64,000 nucleotides of DNA from Octopus sinensis (GCF_006345805.1 NC_043017.1:33170001-33234000); one strand, 5' to 3'. Positions 26,626-39,676 are shown, numbered from the stretch's first letter. Notes: generated by a model not told the origin, from the letters alone. A program made the numbers and translations.

Positions 26626-26686
26626 GATAAAACTCTGAGTTTCGGATGCCGAGGTGGAAATCCACACCACCATCTCTTCAGTTATC
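26626..26686 (-). ncRNA. Hammerhead-like motif with canonical CUGAAGA core
   Basis: Minus strand reads gataa-CTGAAGA-gatg...gtggatttccac...catcc-GAAA-ctcagag-TT-ttatc; lies within a 31-bp inverted repeat (26603-26633 / 26709-26739). Confidence 0.72.
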
Positions 26687-26905
26687 CGGCCATCGGAAAA
26701 ACGCTAGCGTTTTATCTTGGCTACCGAATAATTGTCACAAATAAATTCCTCTATTTACATAATATCGAGGTCTCTTTCTTTCTTTTATTATCTTACCGTT
26801 TTTACCAATATATATATATATATATATACAGCGGTATGGACGTGATACAAACGGGAGAAATAGAATTCGAAATATGTGCATATATGTATTTTTATTAATA
26901 TTCAG

Positions 26906-27188
26906 CAGAAGCAACAGTGTGACTCAAGGGATGAGAGTTTCTTGAATTTGATAAGTGTCAGCGTTTGAAACTCTCAGCCCTTTCGACACCAAGCTCATCG
27001 CGTCCTTGTACACGAGCTTCGTTGAATTTACGGTCCTCGTCGCGTTTGTCGTCACGTCCATCTACACCAAAAAACAGTAGAAGTTGCGGATTTTCCACCA
27101 TGCAGCTCAGGGGCCATCCACACACCGGGCTTTCCCCATACCGAACCATCTAGGGACTTGGACATTTCCTCATTTCAGTTCCTCCAAC
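26906..27188. other. Unique GC-richer island, candidate exon (strand unresolved)
   Basis: Acceptor-like sites at both ends (plus ...atattcag at 26905; minus ttcttctttttttcag at 27189); 62-63 aa ORFs on both strands with no recognised homology. Confidence 0.35.
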
Positions 27189-28016
27189 TGAAAAAAAGAA
27201 GAACGCGTCAAAATTATATAAAGATATATACGCACAGATTATCATATGTATTACAGCCTGTTTTTAGATTTACCATAACACAGCTACTTTTTTATGTTTG
27301 ATGTTTTGTTAAGTCAATATTCGCTCTCTGTCTCTCTGACGCTGTCGAGTGATCTTATTGCCGCACTAGTACCGCTGGAGCGTTCTGTTCAGTGATGATA
27401 GTTTACACAAATAAATAGTGCATGCTTTAAAGTGGTTGATGTAAATATACGCCGAACCGTTGTCGTGCGCTAACTGCTGATCTCAGCCGAGATGATTACC
27501 GTCGGTACAACCCAGTTGCCTGATAAAACACCGTTATCATGGAGTTAATTCATAAACTTAATGACAGATTTAGTAAATTTTTATGGACTTCTGTATATAA
27601 GTAAATTGTTCAAAGTGCAGTGCCTAATTCGTCACTTCGACATTATACACTTGACAGCAGAATTAATGAATAATAGATCATCACCATCATTTAACACCAG
27701 TTTCCTATGCTGGCATGGTTGGGACGGCTTGGCAAGAGCTGGTGAGACCAGGTATCGCACCAGATTCCGTAGTCTGTTTTGGCTTAATACTTACAGTTGG
27801 ATGCGCCAACCACTTTACAGAGTGCAGTGGGTGGTATTTTTACGTAGCACCATCACCAGTGCTCTTGTCGTAACACCGGTACCAACAGCACTGCTTTTTA
27901 CATTGCACTTTGGTCTTAGGGGGTATATATTTAATGCCTATATTCAAGAACCAAATGTAACACTCTCAAAATATTTACTTTAGTTCTTTTCCAATTAAAA
28001 TAATTCCTTAAACGTA

Positions 28017-28977
28017 TCATGATTTCTTTGACTTGTAGACTAATGAAGGTGGAGGCGCAATGGCCCAGTGGTTAGGGCAGCGGACTCGCGGTCGTAGGAT
28101 CGCGGTTTCGATTCCCAGACCGGGCGTTGTGAGTGTTTATTGAGCGAAAACACCTAAAGCTCCACGAGGCTCCGGCAGGGGATGGTGGTGATCCCTGCTG
28201 TACTCTTTCACCACAACTCTCTCTCTCTCTCTTACTTCCTGTTTCTGTTGTACCTGTATTTCAAAGGGCCGGCCTTGTCACTCTCTGTGTCACGCTGAAT
28301 ATCCCCGAGAACTACGTTAAGGGTACACGTGTCTGTGGAGTGCTCAGCCACTTGAACGTTAATTCCACGAGCAGGCTGTTCCGTTGATCGGATCAACCGG
28401 AACCCTCGTCGTCGGAACCGGCTGAGTGCTTCCATCCGGGCTAATGAAGGTTTAGACATTTGAAAGACAACAACACTAACGCTGTTTGTAAATTATGTGA
28501 CAAGATATAATAAATCCCACGAGTTTAACCTTTTGGCAAATTAAGGCTGTACATCTATATTTTAGACCTTATCATCCACGACAATGAAACATATTCTACT
28601 TCTGTCAACAAGTGTTAAATAATGAGATGTGGTGTATCAGCTATTGGCAACATTAAATATAAATTATCCTTGCTTATTGAACCTGATCTGGCTCTATGAA
28701 CTGATCTAATCATATGATTATTATTTAATCACTATTCTACTCCTCGTTTGAAAATCTCATCAAATTTGAACAATATGTATTGGCTCATCCCTTAAGTAAT
28801 AACACTTGAGAACAGCCATAATTTAAATATGTCCGTTGAAGTTTAAGCCTTAATTTACCAAAAGGTTAAACTCGTGGGATTTATTATATCTTGCCACATA
28901 ATTTACAAACAGCGTTAGAGGTTGTTGTCTTTCAAATGTCTAAACCGTCATTAGCCTACAAGTCAAAGAAAGCATGA
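28017..28977. mobile_element. Foldback/MITE-like element with about 130-bp inverted arms, left arm split by a SINE
   Basis: 28017-28050 + 28452-28548 is the reverse complement of 28846-28977. Confidence 0.8.
28051..28440 (+). mobile_element. SINE family C with 11-bp TSD
   Basis: tRNA-like head ggaggcgcaatggcccagtggttagggcagcggactcgcggtc; ctaatgaaggt at 28040-28050 and 28441-28451. Confidence 0.9.
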
Positions 28978-29384
28978 GGTATATTACATATGTTTTTGAA
29001 AGGGAAATATTACAGTGTCAAGATGTCTGCCATCTCTAGATTGTGGAAAAGTGGCAGAGCATGTCTTGACAGTATTTTTGTGTTGTAGTTGTTTAACCTC
29101 GTTTTTACCAATGGTTAAATACGTTCCCAACATGACTATCCTGTTTTAGATATGATATTTAAATTTAGTTCTCTGTTATCTTTTACTTGTTATATTCCTT
29201 AGACTGCGGCCATGCTGGGGCACCGCCTTGAAGAATTTTTAGTCTAATGAATTGAACCCAATACTTTATTTTTTCTTTTAAGCCTGGTACTTATTCTATC
29301 AGTTTCTTTTGCTGCACCGCTTAGTTACGGGAGAGTAAACACCAACACCGGTTGTCAAGCAGTGTTGAGGACAAATACAGACAC

Positions 29385-29416
<32 letters not shown>

Positions 29417-29738
29417 GATAGGTTTCTTTCAGTTTCCATCTACCAAATCTACTCACAAGGCTTTGATTGACCGGAAGCGATACTAGAAGACCTTAATTAG
29501 TCCAAGACGTCGCACAGTGGGACTGAACCTGGAATCCAATGGCTAAGAAGCAATTTTCTTGTTTACTGTGATAATCCCCCCCCCCATAATTGAAGGTTAG
29601 AAGCTTCAGTAGACATATGATGCAATATTAAAACAATCTTCTTTAAATGTGTCTAGTACTGGAGTTGATGTTTATTTTAAACACGCGGTTGTTTTTTTTT
29701 TCAACCATCGCATGTCTATAGCATTTTACTTAGAGAAT

Positions 29739-30133
29739 ACTCTTTTACTCTTTTACTTGTTTCAGTCATTTGACTGCGGCCATGCTGGAGCACCGCCTTT
29801 AATCGAGCAACTCGACCCCGGGACTTATTCTTTTGTAAGCCTAGTACTTGTTCTATCGGTCTCTTTTTGCCGAACCGCTAAGTGACGGGGACATAAACAC
29901 ACCAGCATCGGTTGTCAAGCAACGCTAGGGGGACAAACACACACACGCATATATATATGTACATATATACGACGGGCTTCTTTCAGTTTCCGTCTACCAA
30001 ATCCACTCACAAGGCTTTGGTCGGCCCGAGGCTAGAGTAGAAGACACTTGCCCAAGGTGCCACACAATGGGACTGAATCCAGAACCATGTGGTTGGTAAA
30101 CAAGCTACTTACCACACAGCCACTCCTGCGCCT
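29739..30133 (-). mobile_element. SINE family A
   Basis: Full-length reverse copy. Confidence 0.9.
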
Positions 30134-30323
30134 ACACACCGACTCAACTACTGCACACCGACTCAACTACAGTCAGCCTAGAAATGATTATTAAATACAT
30201 CCATGCTATGTGTATGTCAAATCTGTTCCACAATCTTAGTTCAGTTATTTACATCTCCATCCATTGTCACATTTCAAATGTTTTATCCATTTGTGCAACG
30301 CAATACAAAATCAGAGATTATTG

Positions 30324-30491
30324 CATGAGTGACTGTGTGGTAAGTAGCTTGTCTACCAACCGCATGGTTCCGGGTTCAGTCCCACTGCGTGGCACCTTGG
30401 GTAAGTGTCTTCTACTATAGCCTCGGGCCGACCAAAGCCTTGTGAGTGGATTTGGAAACTGAAAGACGGAAACTGAAAGAAGCCCGTCGTA

Positions 30492-30553
<62 letters not shown>

Positions 30554-30770
30554 TGTGTGTTGTGTTTGTCCCCCTAGCATTGCTTGACAACCGATGCTGG
30601 TGTGTTTATGTCCCCGTCACTTAGCGGTTCGGCAAAAAGAGACCGATAGAATAAGCACTGGGCTTACAAAAGAATAAGTCCCGGGGTCGAGTTGCTCGAT
30701 TAAAGGCGGTGCTCCAGCATGGCCGCAGTCAAATGACTGAAACAAGTAAAAGAGTAAAAGAGTAAAGAGT
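30324..30770 (+). mobile_element. SINE family A
   Basis: Full-length copy with expanded internal (TA)n. Confidence 0.9.
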
Positions 30771-31073
30771 AACTAAATTTCTTCTTTTAATAACGGGTTA
30801 TTGTACTACTCCAATCCAGACATAAATTATTTTGTACACAGTCTATTCACTGGCAAATTTAGTTAACATTTATTTATGATTAATTGTGAATGAAAAAAAT
30901 TGCACTAAAATATGACTGTTGAAATGGTTCAGTTTTATTCCATATTATACTCTTCTTGTATAGATTACTTTGTAACTAACCGTAGATTCAAGTTTGTCAT
31001 CATGTATAAAAACTTACATACAGATATATGCATATTTATCGATCTAACTTTCTATCTGCTTCTCTCTCTCTCT

Positions 31074-31117
<44 letters not shown>

Positions 31118-31198
31118 ATATATATACATATATATACATATATATATATATTATATATATATATATATATAACATATATATATATACATATATATATA

Positions 31199-31835
31199 TT
31201 AGCAGATATACCCGGCGTTGCCCGGATTAAAGAGAAAAGTGGAATTTAAAAACTCCGTCTATATTACACAAGTCTCAACTGCTAGTAACTAGATACCAAC
31301 TTTCTACATTAATAACCATCCAACCCATGCCAGCAGGGGACATGGACGTTAAGTGAAACGTTGAAAGAAAGTTTTCAACTCCAATATGTATATCAAGTAA
31401 ATACACGTAATTCAAAAACGCGTCTTGTGTAGCTTAGCTCGTAACCAAAAAGCAGGTTCAGATTATAAACAATGAAAGGCCGATTTTGGTGATTCCTTTG
31501 ACAGAGGTAGTAGAGAGCCAATCCGATGATAAATCTGACCTTGAATCTTGAAAGTTTGCGTGAATCCTGGCTCAGTTAAATATCTTGTGGGTCCAAATGC
31601 TGTCATCTCTAGTGCAGCGTTGTATTGTCTAATTTTGTTTTGGAAGTGCTTAGAATCTTGGTCACTTGATAACATTTTCCTCAATGCTTCTGGAGGTTAG
31701 GGGCTTGCAGAGAGTTTAACCTTTTTACCACTGCAGCACAATGCAGGTGTCTCTCCAGTCCATTTCCTTGCTTTACAATGTATGCACTCATTTCCCATTG
31801 CAGTAATGGAAACTCTAGTGTCATCTGCATAATTT
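31199..31835 (-). mobile_element. Helitron fragment, second copy of 15543-16182
   Basis: Colinear with the first copy; ORF 31463-31684 has IRQYNAALEMTAFG...FKIQGQIYHRIGSLLP. Confidence 0.9.
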
Positions 31836-32150
31836 CAATTCTTTCAGTAACCGTCAACTAAATCCTCTGACGAGGTTTTGGATGGCCCAAGGCTATAGTA
31901 GAAGACACTTGACCAAAGCGTCACACAGTAGGATTGAACTCCGAATTATGTGGTTGTGAAGTAAGTTTCTTACCCACATAGCCACGCCATATACATGTAC
32001 CCACATGTATATGTATATTTATATATATATATAAATTTAACAATTAAGGATAAATTCTTAATAAGGAATCTTAACAAGAAATTATCAGGTAGTTAGCGTG
32101 AAAAACCTCATAAAAGAAAAAAATTATTTTCAAGTGAAAAAATTATTTTC

Positions 32151-32190
<40 letters not shown>

Positions 32191-32278
32191 GGAGAGATTA
32201 CGAAAAAAACAAAAGACGAAGACAGGTGGTGTACAAAACAAACAAAGGTATTAGTATAACGCTCAGCAATAGAAAAAG

Positions 32279-32316
32279 TCTTTTACGTTTCGAGCCTACG
32301 CTCTTCTACAGAAAGA
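32279..32316 (-). ncRNA. Minimal hammerhead-like motif (CUGUAGA core variant) in repeat 32186-32370
   Basis: Minus strand reads tcttt-CTGTAGA-a-gagc gtag gctc-GAAA-cg-TA-aaaga; second copy at 61398-61433. Confidence 0.62.
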
Positions 32317-32819
32317 GACACAGAAAAAAACAAGGAGAGAAACAAGGAGAGAATAAAATGTGTGAAAAAAAAAATATATATGCATGCATGCGTGTGTGTG
32401 TAGTCAGAGAAATAGAGATTTAACGGTTAAACGCTAGTCTCTACACGAACAGCGTCACTGGCACGGCTTTGAATAGTAACAGAGAGGAATCTCAGCATTA
32501 CAATAAATTATTACATTCTACAGAATAGATTGGCTCTGTTCACCTCGTCTGCGAATTCAGACCTACACACCCCTCCACCTTATGCACATATCTCTCCATC
32601 TATTTAGCTCTCTACATATATCGTATATATACAAATACAAACACACACACACGCATAAAAGTATGTAATATATATATATATATATGTGCGTGTGTGTGTG
32701 TGTGTGTTTGTGTATGTGTGTGTATACACATATATACATGTATATAAGTATGTGTATGTATGTACATATATATATAATATATATATATATATATGTACAT
32801 ATACGGATATATACATACA

Positions 32820-32885
<66 letters not shown>

Positions 32886-33736
32886 GCTTATATATATATA
32901 TATATGTACATATACGGATATATACATACATATAGATAGATAGATAGATAGATAGATTGATAATTGACAGAGTTGGTGTAATTTAATGCAGTTTCTATAT
33001 CAAAATGTTATAGGAAGTTAACAAAATTGTTCCAGTCAATAAACCCAAAGTAAGAATCAGACGTCATAACAAAACGTAACAAGAAGACAATATCTGAAAA
33101 TAAATGTTTGTCTCTTTATGGGTATGATGCGTATGTATCTAGATGTGTCCAGGAGTGTGTCTGTGGGAACGAATGCGTGTCTGTGTAAATACCTAGTTGT
33201 GAATATAGCAACAAATGTAGGCTTGGAAGAAAAAAAATCTAATTGCTTCGATTTATACAATGTTTTAGAATTTGTTGAAAAGTCATGGCTCTGTTAGCAA
33301 ACTTAATGTTGTTTAGGTGGGCAGTATTAGTGCCGTTAAGACTTCTTTTATGTAGCAACTCATTTATTTCTCATGTATTTATGACCATAAAATACAATGA
33401 AAATATGTCTCACAGGAAAAGACCGAATCATACAAACACATATTTGCATATGTTTAACTCTGTCTCTGGATGTCTGACTCTAGATGTATATATGTTGGTA
33501 TGTATGCACGCATGCATTTATATGATATGCATGTATATACGTCTGTGTGTGTGTGTGTGTGTATGTGTGCATATACACATATAATAACGCATAATCATTC
33601 ACATACATGCACACATCCACACATATACTATACTGCATATTTAGAAAGATAAATACATACATGTATATGTCTACACATATACGCACACACACACAATTAT
33701 AATTATCTCTCTAGCTATATATGTGTGTGTATACAT

Positions 33737-33827
<91 letters not shown>

Positions 33828-34349
33828 TATATGCATACGCAGGGTAAATGGGAATTTACAGAAAGCTGTACGGCAAAAATAGTCTTAATTCGATTTTCTT
33901 TCTTAGTTAAAGAAATGAAACAAATATATGGTGATAATTATTAGTGACTTTTAATAAAAAGATGATATAATATCAAGAAATTGCAACAAAATGTCTCACG
34001 TTACTTAACCTAATGCCTGGTCTTTGTTAGAATCGGGGAGCAACACGGTTTTGTCTGTTAGTCATCATACGGTTAGGGTAGTTTATCTAAACCTGCAATT
34101 CACGTGAAAGATTATGACACACGTAATTTGCATAAATTACGTTAAAATTAACAATGGGAAATAATTCTGATGCACAAAAGTGTAAAGTCCTTGTGGAAGG
34201 CCTTTAAAATATGGCATGTGAAGTCAATGCTTGTCATCACCATCAGTGGATGAAACAAGTAAAAGCAGGGGAGGATATTTTCGACAAAACACGAATTTTT
34301 TATGCAGATTTTAAACAAGATACCCCACAATGAATCACTTGTGTAGTAA

Positions 34350-35325
34350 ATGGAGGAAGGTACCTGGTCTGCAATATCGGTGGACCTGAACGTTTGTGAA
34401 GAACTCGGATCATTAGACACCAGCGAAGCCACACGAATAAAGTATAAAAAGGCGGCGAGCTGGCAGAATCGTTAGCACGCCGGGCGAAATGCGTAGCCGT
34501 ATTTCGTCTGCCGTTACGTTCTGAGTTCAAATTCTGCCGAGGTCGACTTTGCTTTTCATCCTTTCGGGGTCGATAAATTAAGTACCAGTTACGCACTGGG
34601 GTCGATGTAATCGACTTAATCCGTTTGTCTGTCCTTGTTTGTCCCCTCTGTGTCTAGCCCCTTGTGGGTACTAAAGAAATAAATAAAGTATAAATTCCTT
34701 TGAGTGCGCAATGGTCAGAGTTGGTCTGCCTTGGTCAAAAGTGGACAACCATAATGTAGGCCTGAAACATGCACTACATAGATAGTGTTGGTTTTCCGGT
34801 CCTTTAAAATTTAAAACTCTGCACGCGGATGTAGACTTGACGGTCCTCTAGGTGCCTCTGCTTCTACTTTGACCGGTTTCCATGAAGACAAAGAAAGCCT
34901 TTCTGTGTTCAGTTGAGTGCTGTATCCAGGAAAAATTTACATATCCGATTGGATAGTTTTACTAGAGGACGGAAATTCCAAACAAGTAGCAACAGGTCTT
35001 GGTTTTAGATCTTTGTGAACAATATGGTACATATTCCAACATTCATTTCCTCATAAACGCAATCATACTATAACATGGATTAATCCGTGATCTAGGGCTT
35101 AGCGTTTGGGCAATTAAATGACATTCTGCAAGTGCGACATAATGGTACCAGTGAAGCTAAGTTCTTTCATGTTCCACGTGTTGGACACAAGCAAAGTTCT
35201 GGATGTTAACTAGTGGGAGAGAAAATAGAGGGCCAATAAAGATTATTCGGCATATGTTGCAGCTAGCAATATAGATTAGTTTAATAAAGCTGATATTATA
35301 ATACCATGGTGTGATGGCAACATTA
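34350..35325 (-). pseudogene. Decayed intronless Ser/Thr protein kinase pseudogene, interrupted by a SINE
   Basis: Ordered, frameshifted motifs VAIT (VAIK-like), IVHKDLKP (35024-35001), LLL...LVKLS, TQKG...FM; many stops. Confidence 0.5.
34449..34681 (+). mobile_element. SINE family B with 13-bp TSD
   Basis: aataaagtataaa at 34436-34448 and 34682-34694. Confidence 0.9.
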
Positions 35326-35479
35326 TAAATATAATACTGAGCAATGAGCGATCAGGTGAAAAGCGGGATCGCAGCGGAGCACTTCTCATTTTCAACGAAT
35401 TTAACCGCATTAAATTTAGTCATACACACGAACGCACACACACACACACACACAAACATACAAATAAATTTTGATGCAA

Positions 35480-35880
35480 AGCCAGCAAATTCAGAGGCGG
35501 AGAAAGTTGATTACAGCGATCCCAGTACTCACCTGGTAGTTATCTTATCAGCCCCGAAAGGATTGAAGGCAACATCGACCGCGGCGGAATTTGAGTTCAG
35601 AACATAAGATAGAAAAATGTTGCCAGGTATTTTGCCCAGCGTGCTAACGATCCTATTTCTTTACTACCCACAAGGGGCTAAACACATAGAGGACAAACAA
35701 GGACAGACAAACGGATTAAGTCGATTATATCGACCCCAGTGCGTAACTGGTACTTATTTAATCGACCCCGAAAGGATGACAGGCAAAGTCGACCTCGGCG
35801 GAATTTGAACTCAGAACGTAAAGACAGACGAAATACCGCTAAGCATTTAACCCGGCGTGCTAAGGATCCTGCCAACTCAC
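35480..35880 (-). mobile_element. SINE family B, two nested or tandem copies
   Basis: Reverse-complement bodies, one young and one diverged. Confidence 0.85.
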
Positions 35881-35887
35881 TGTCTTA

Positions 35888-35896
35888 ATATCTATC

Positions 35897-35972
<76 letters not shown>

Positions 35973-35974
35973 GA

Positions 35975-36014
<40 letters not shown>

Positions 36015-36016
36015 GA

Positions 36017-36080
<64 letters not shown>

Positions 36081-36126
36081 CATCCATCTATCTATCTATC
36101 TATCTATCTATATATCTATCTATCGA

Positions 36127-36172
<46 letters not shown>

Positions 36173-36173
36173 A

Positions 36174-36210
<37 letters not shown>
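35888..36210. repeat. (TATC)n microsatellite followed by (TA)n
   Basis: Direct reading. Confidence 0.97.
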
Positions 36211-36218
<8 letters not shown>

Positions 36219-37754
36219 CTAGAACCCACAAATCTATAGAACTTTGTTTTTGTCTTTATTGTGTAAGTGCACAATCAAAATGTTAAAATGCAATGCGTGA
36301 GAAAATGTGTTTGTAAATATACATATATATGCAAAAGCACACACAGATACATATTGATTGTTATGTAGCTTTATATGTGTGCATGACCGCGTGTGTTGCA
36401 TATGTACATAATACGTGTGCACATACACACATCCCAAACGCGTACACGCAAACAGAAATACATTCATTGTTAATGTTCAAAATGAATAGATTGACTTCCA
36501 TTGCATGTTCCAGAATTAATTCCAGCTAATACGCATTAATTTATTAGCATAAAAATTGGTATATAGAATATGGAACATGATATTCATTAGTGCTAATACT
36601 GACCTTACTAAATCACACCAAGTCAGCAGTACAAATGAATTTAGAAAATTAGACGTCAATAAAAGACATTGAAATAGCATTTCCTTGTTTATGTGCCGTT
36701 GGCTGTTTGGTAGCGTGAGATTGTTGTCATAGTTTGGTTCCCAAAGAAAAAAATTTGCCTACAGAAATGAAAATAGCTGAAAATAATCTTACTCTTATTC
36801 ATAATCTATAGAATAGGTGTTTGTGCTATAACCAGGCAAGAAAATATTTTCTAAATTGATATAGATTTTTTCAGTCACACAATTTTGGTTATGGAGGACA
36901 ACAAATAATTTCATTTTTTAAAGAAATATTTTAGTCAGTGGTGGTGTCGGAAGCTACGACATGCAAGTTGCAGCCCCTTGACGACAGGAGAGACCCGAGC
37001 AGACTAACTGTAAGGGCTCAGGCTAGAACAAATCTTGGATACGTTTTGTGTGTAAAGTTGTAACAAACTGGACTGTGTTTCTCATGATGGTGTGTTTGAG
37101 ATGAAGAGTTCTATTTAGCCAGATTCCCACTAACAGCTGCCAAACTTTTTCCTTTATCTATTAATAAATGAATTTTCATTGCTAAGTCAGTGTGGATCTT
37201 TTATCTTTTACGTGTTTCACCCATTAGTCTGCTGCTAAGAATTTCTTCAAGAATTTTTAGTCGAAAGTATCAACACCAGTATATATATTGTTTTAAGCCT
37301 GGTATTTATTCTATCTGTATCTTTTGCCGAACTGCTAGGTTACGAGGACGTAAACACACCGGCAATCGTTGTCAAATGGTGGTGATGCAAAACACAGACA
37401 CCAAGACACATAGATATAGATATATACACATACATATAGGACAAGCTTCTTTCAGTTTCCGTCCACTGTATCAACTGCCAAGGCTTTGGTGGGTGCGATG
37501 CTTTAGTACTGAAACTGAACCACGTGTTTGGGAAGCAAGCTTCTTACTACACAACCAAGCCTGCGCCTGCATAGCTAGTATAACGAAAACTATTTCTGTA
37601 GGGCTACGAATTCAATAGAAATGATCTAAAAAAAATATATTGTAGGTATTGGGTACATAACTACATACACATGCACACAAAAATTATTCATAAGGTAATT
37701 ATTTATCTGATTAAAATTAGCAAAATCTATTGTGAAATATTCATTCTGCCCTGT

Positions 37755-38068
37755 ATTTGTTGTTGTTTGTTCCTTCTCGAGCCATGCCTGGCTCAGAAGG
37801 GCCGGTTTTCCGGTTCCATTGGCGTATAGGTTCCTCACCTGGACGGGACGGTGGTCCATCGTAAGTGAGCTGCTAGATGCAGGAGGAAAGAGTGAGAGAA
37901 AGTTGATGCGAAAACGTCAGCAGAAGTTCGCCCTTACCTTTTGCCAGAGCCGCGTGGTGCTTAGGTGCTTTGCTTGTAAACACCCACACATCGCCCGGTC
38001 CGAGATTTGACCCCGCGATCCCTCGACCATGAGTCCGCTGCTCTAACCACAAGGCTATATGCCTCCAC
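37755..38068 (-). mobile_element. SINE family C (same subtype as 15081-15401)
   Basis: Shares head and gaaaccggccct...ccaggcatggctcgagaaggaacaaac tail. Confidence 0.88.
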
Positions 38069-38231
38069 GTCTTGTATTTATCTTGTTTTTTTTTACTGTG
38101 CGAAAATATAATGTATTTATGCTTCATGCTCTATGTCACAGTTTCCCGAGTTGATAACTGACTTTGTGCAAAAGGCACAACATTTTAAGAAGGCCATAAG
38201 CTATATGATGTTTTCTAATACTCTGTACACT

Positions 38232-38530
38232 AGCACTCCGTCGGTTACGACGAGTAGGGATTTTGGTGATCCGATCAAGAGAACAAATTGCTCCTGAAAT
38301 TACGGCGCAAGTGGCTGAGCACTCCCCTTAACGTGGTTTTCAGGGAGATTCAGCGTGACATAATATGTGACAAGGCTGGTCCTTTAAAATATTGTATACT
38401 ATTCATTTTTGCTTGTTGAGTGGACTGCAGCGATGTGAAATAAAGTGTCTTGCTCAAGGACACAACGCGCCGCCGAGACTCTACCTCGCAACCTTATGAT
38501 CGTGAGCCAAATGCCCTAACCACTAAACCA
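38232..38530 (-). mobile_element. Older tRNA-SINE sharing the 3' tail of 28051-28440
   Basis: Tail gtgctcagccacttg...gatcggatca...tcgtcgtaaccgacggagtgc; different centre tgtgtccttgagcaagacact. Confidence 0.75.
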
Positions 38531-39442
38531 CCTGTCTTGTCTTCAGAGTATAAACGCAACAAGTTCGAGTGATGTTACTAGTTATACATACCAATTCATT
38601 TTTTAATTAATCCTATTCAGTTGAGAACGTATATTCCTCTTTCCGCAAAAGAGTTTTTTTTTAGTTTTACAAATAATTTAAAGCGGGATGGTCAGGTCTC
38701 ATCCCTCGACCACAACCACACACACATGCACACACACACATGGCAGTCTTTTGAAAACAGTGGGAGAAATGAGACAAGTTATTTTCATACAGGATAACTT
38801 GATTTATTGCTTGCAACAGAGTGTATCCACAAAAGGTAATTAATGTTCAGGTGTTGGCGCCAACCAGGGAAACTGACTAAACCTGGTAGAGGCAAGAAGA
38901 GAAACAATCTTGCACAACTTTTGCTGTATATTAAATTTGACTTACTAGGTTTTGGTAGATGGCATTCGCAATAGGTATCACTCAGTGAGATCGAACTCGA
39001 AACGGCAGAGATGAAAAGAAAAGCATTTCTTCTAACCACTAAATCATTCCTGCGCCAATCTTTAACAACATAGTGATGCCTGCATCCGTTCTTATCCACT
39101 GCAGTGCTCGTATACATATATTCGTACTGCATACAGATATTCTAAGATTCTAAGAAATTTCTTGAGTATGACTAAAACTCTAAGATAACATAGCAAACAG
39201 CGAAGTGCCTGGGGCCAATAGTTTGTGTCTTGTCAGTTGCAGCGCGAACTGCTTGTGAACAAGAAATGGTTCACTCATCTAATTTTATAACTAATCACAA
39301 ACATTGCTATGAACAGTTACATTTAAAGTGGAATAACTGGAACTGCGTAGCTTTGGGTTCAGTTCTGCTTCATGATACTGTGATCAAATGTGTCCTACCA
39401 CAGCATTGTGGAGGTGGTAGTCTTGATCTATAGTCTTGATCA

Positions 39443-39676
39443 AGGCGGCGAACTGGCAGAAACGTTAGCACGCCGGGTGAAATGCGTAGCCGTAGTTCGT
39501 CTGCCGTTACGTTCTGAGTTCAAATTCCGCCGAGGTCGACTTTGCCTTTCATCCTTTCGGGGTCGATAAATTAAGTACCAGTTACGCACTGGGGTCGACA
39601 TAATCGACTTAATCCATTTGTCTGTCTTTGTTTGTCCTCTCTGTGTTTAGCCCCTTGTGGGTAGTAAAGAAATAGG
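39443..39676 (+). mobile_element. SINE family B
   Basis: Full-length copy. Confidence 0.9.
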
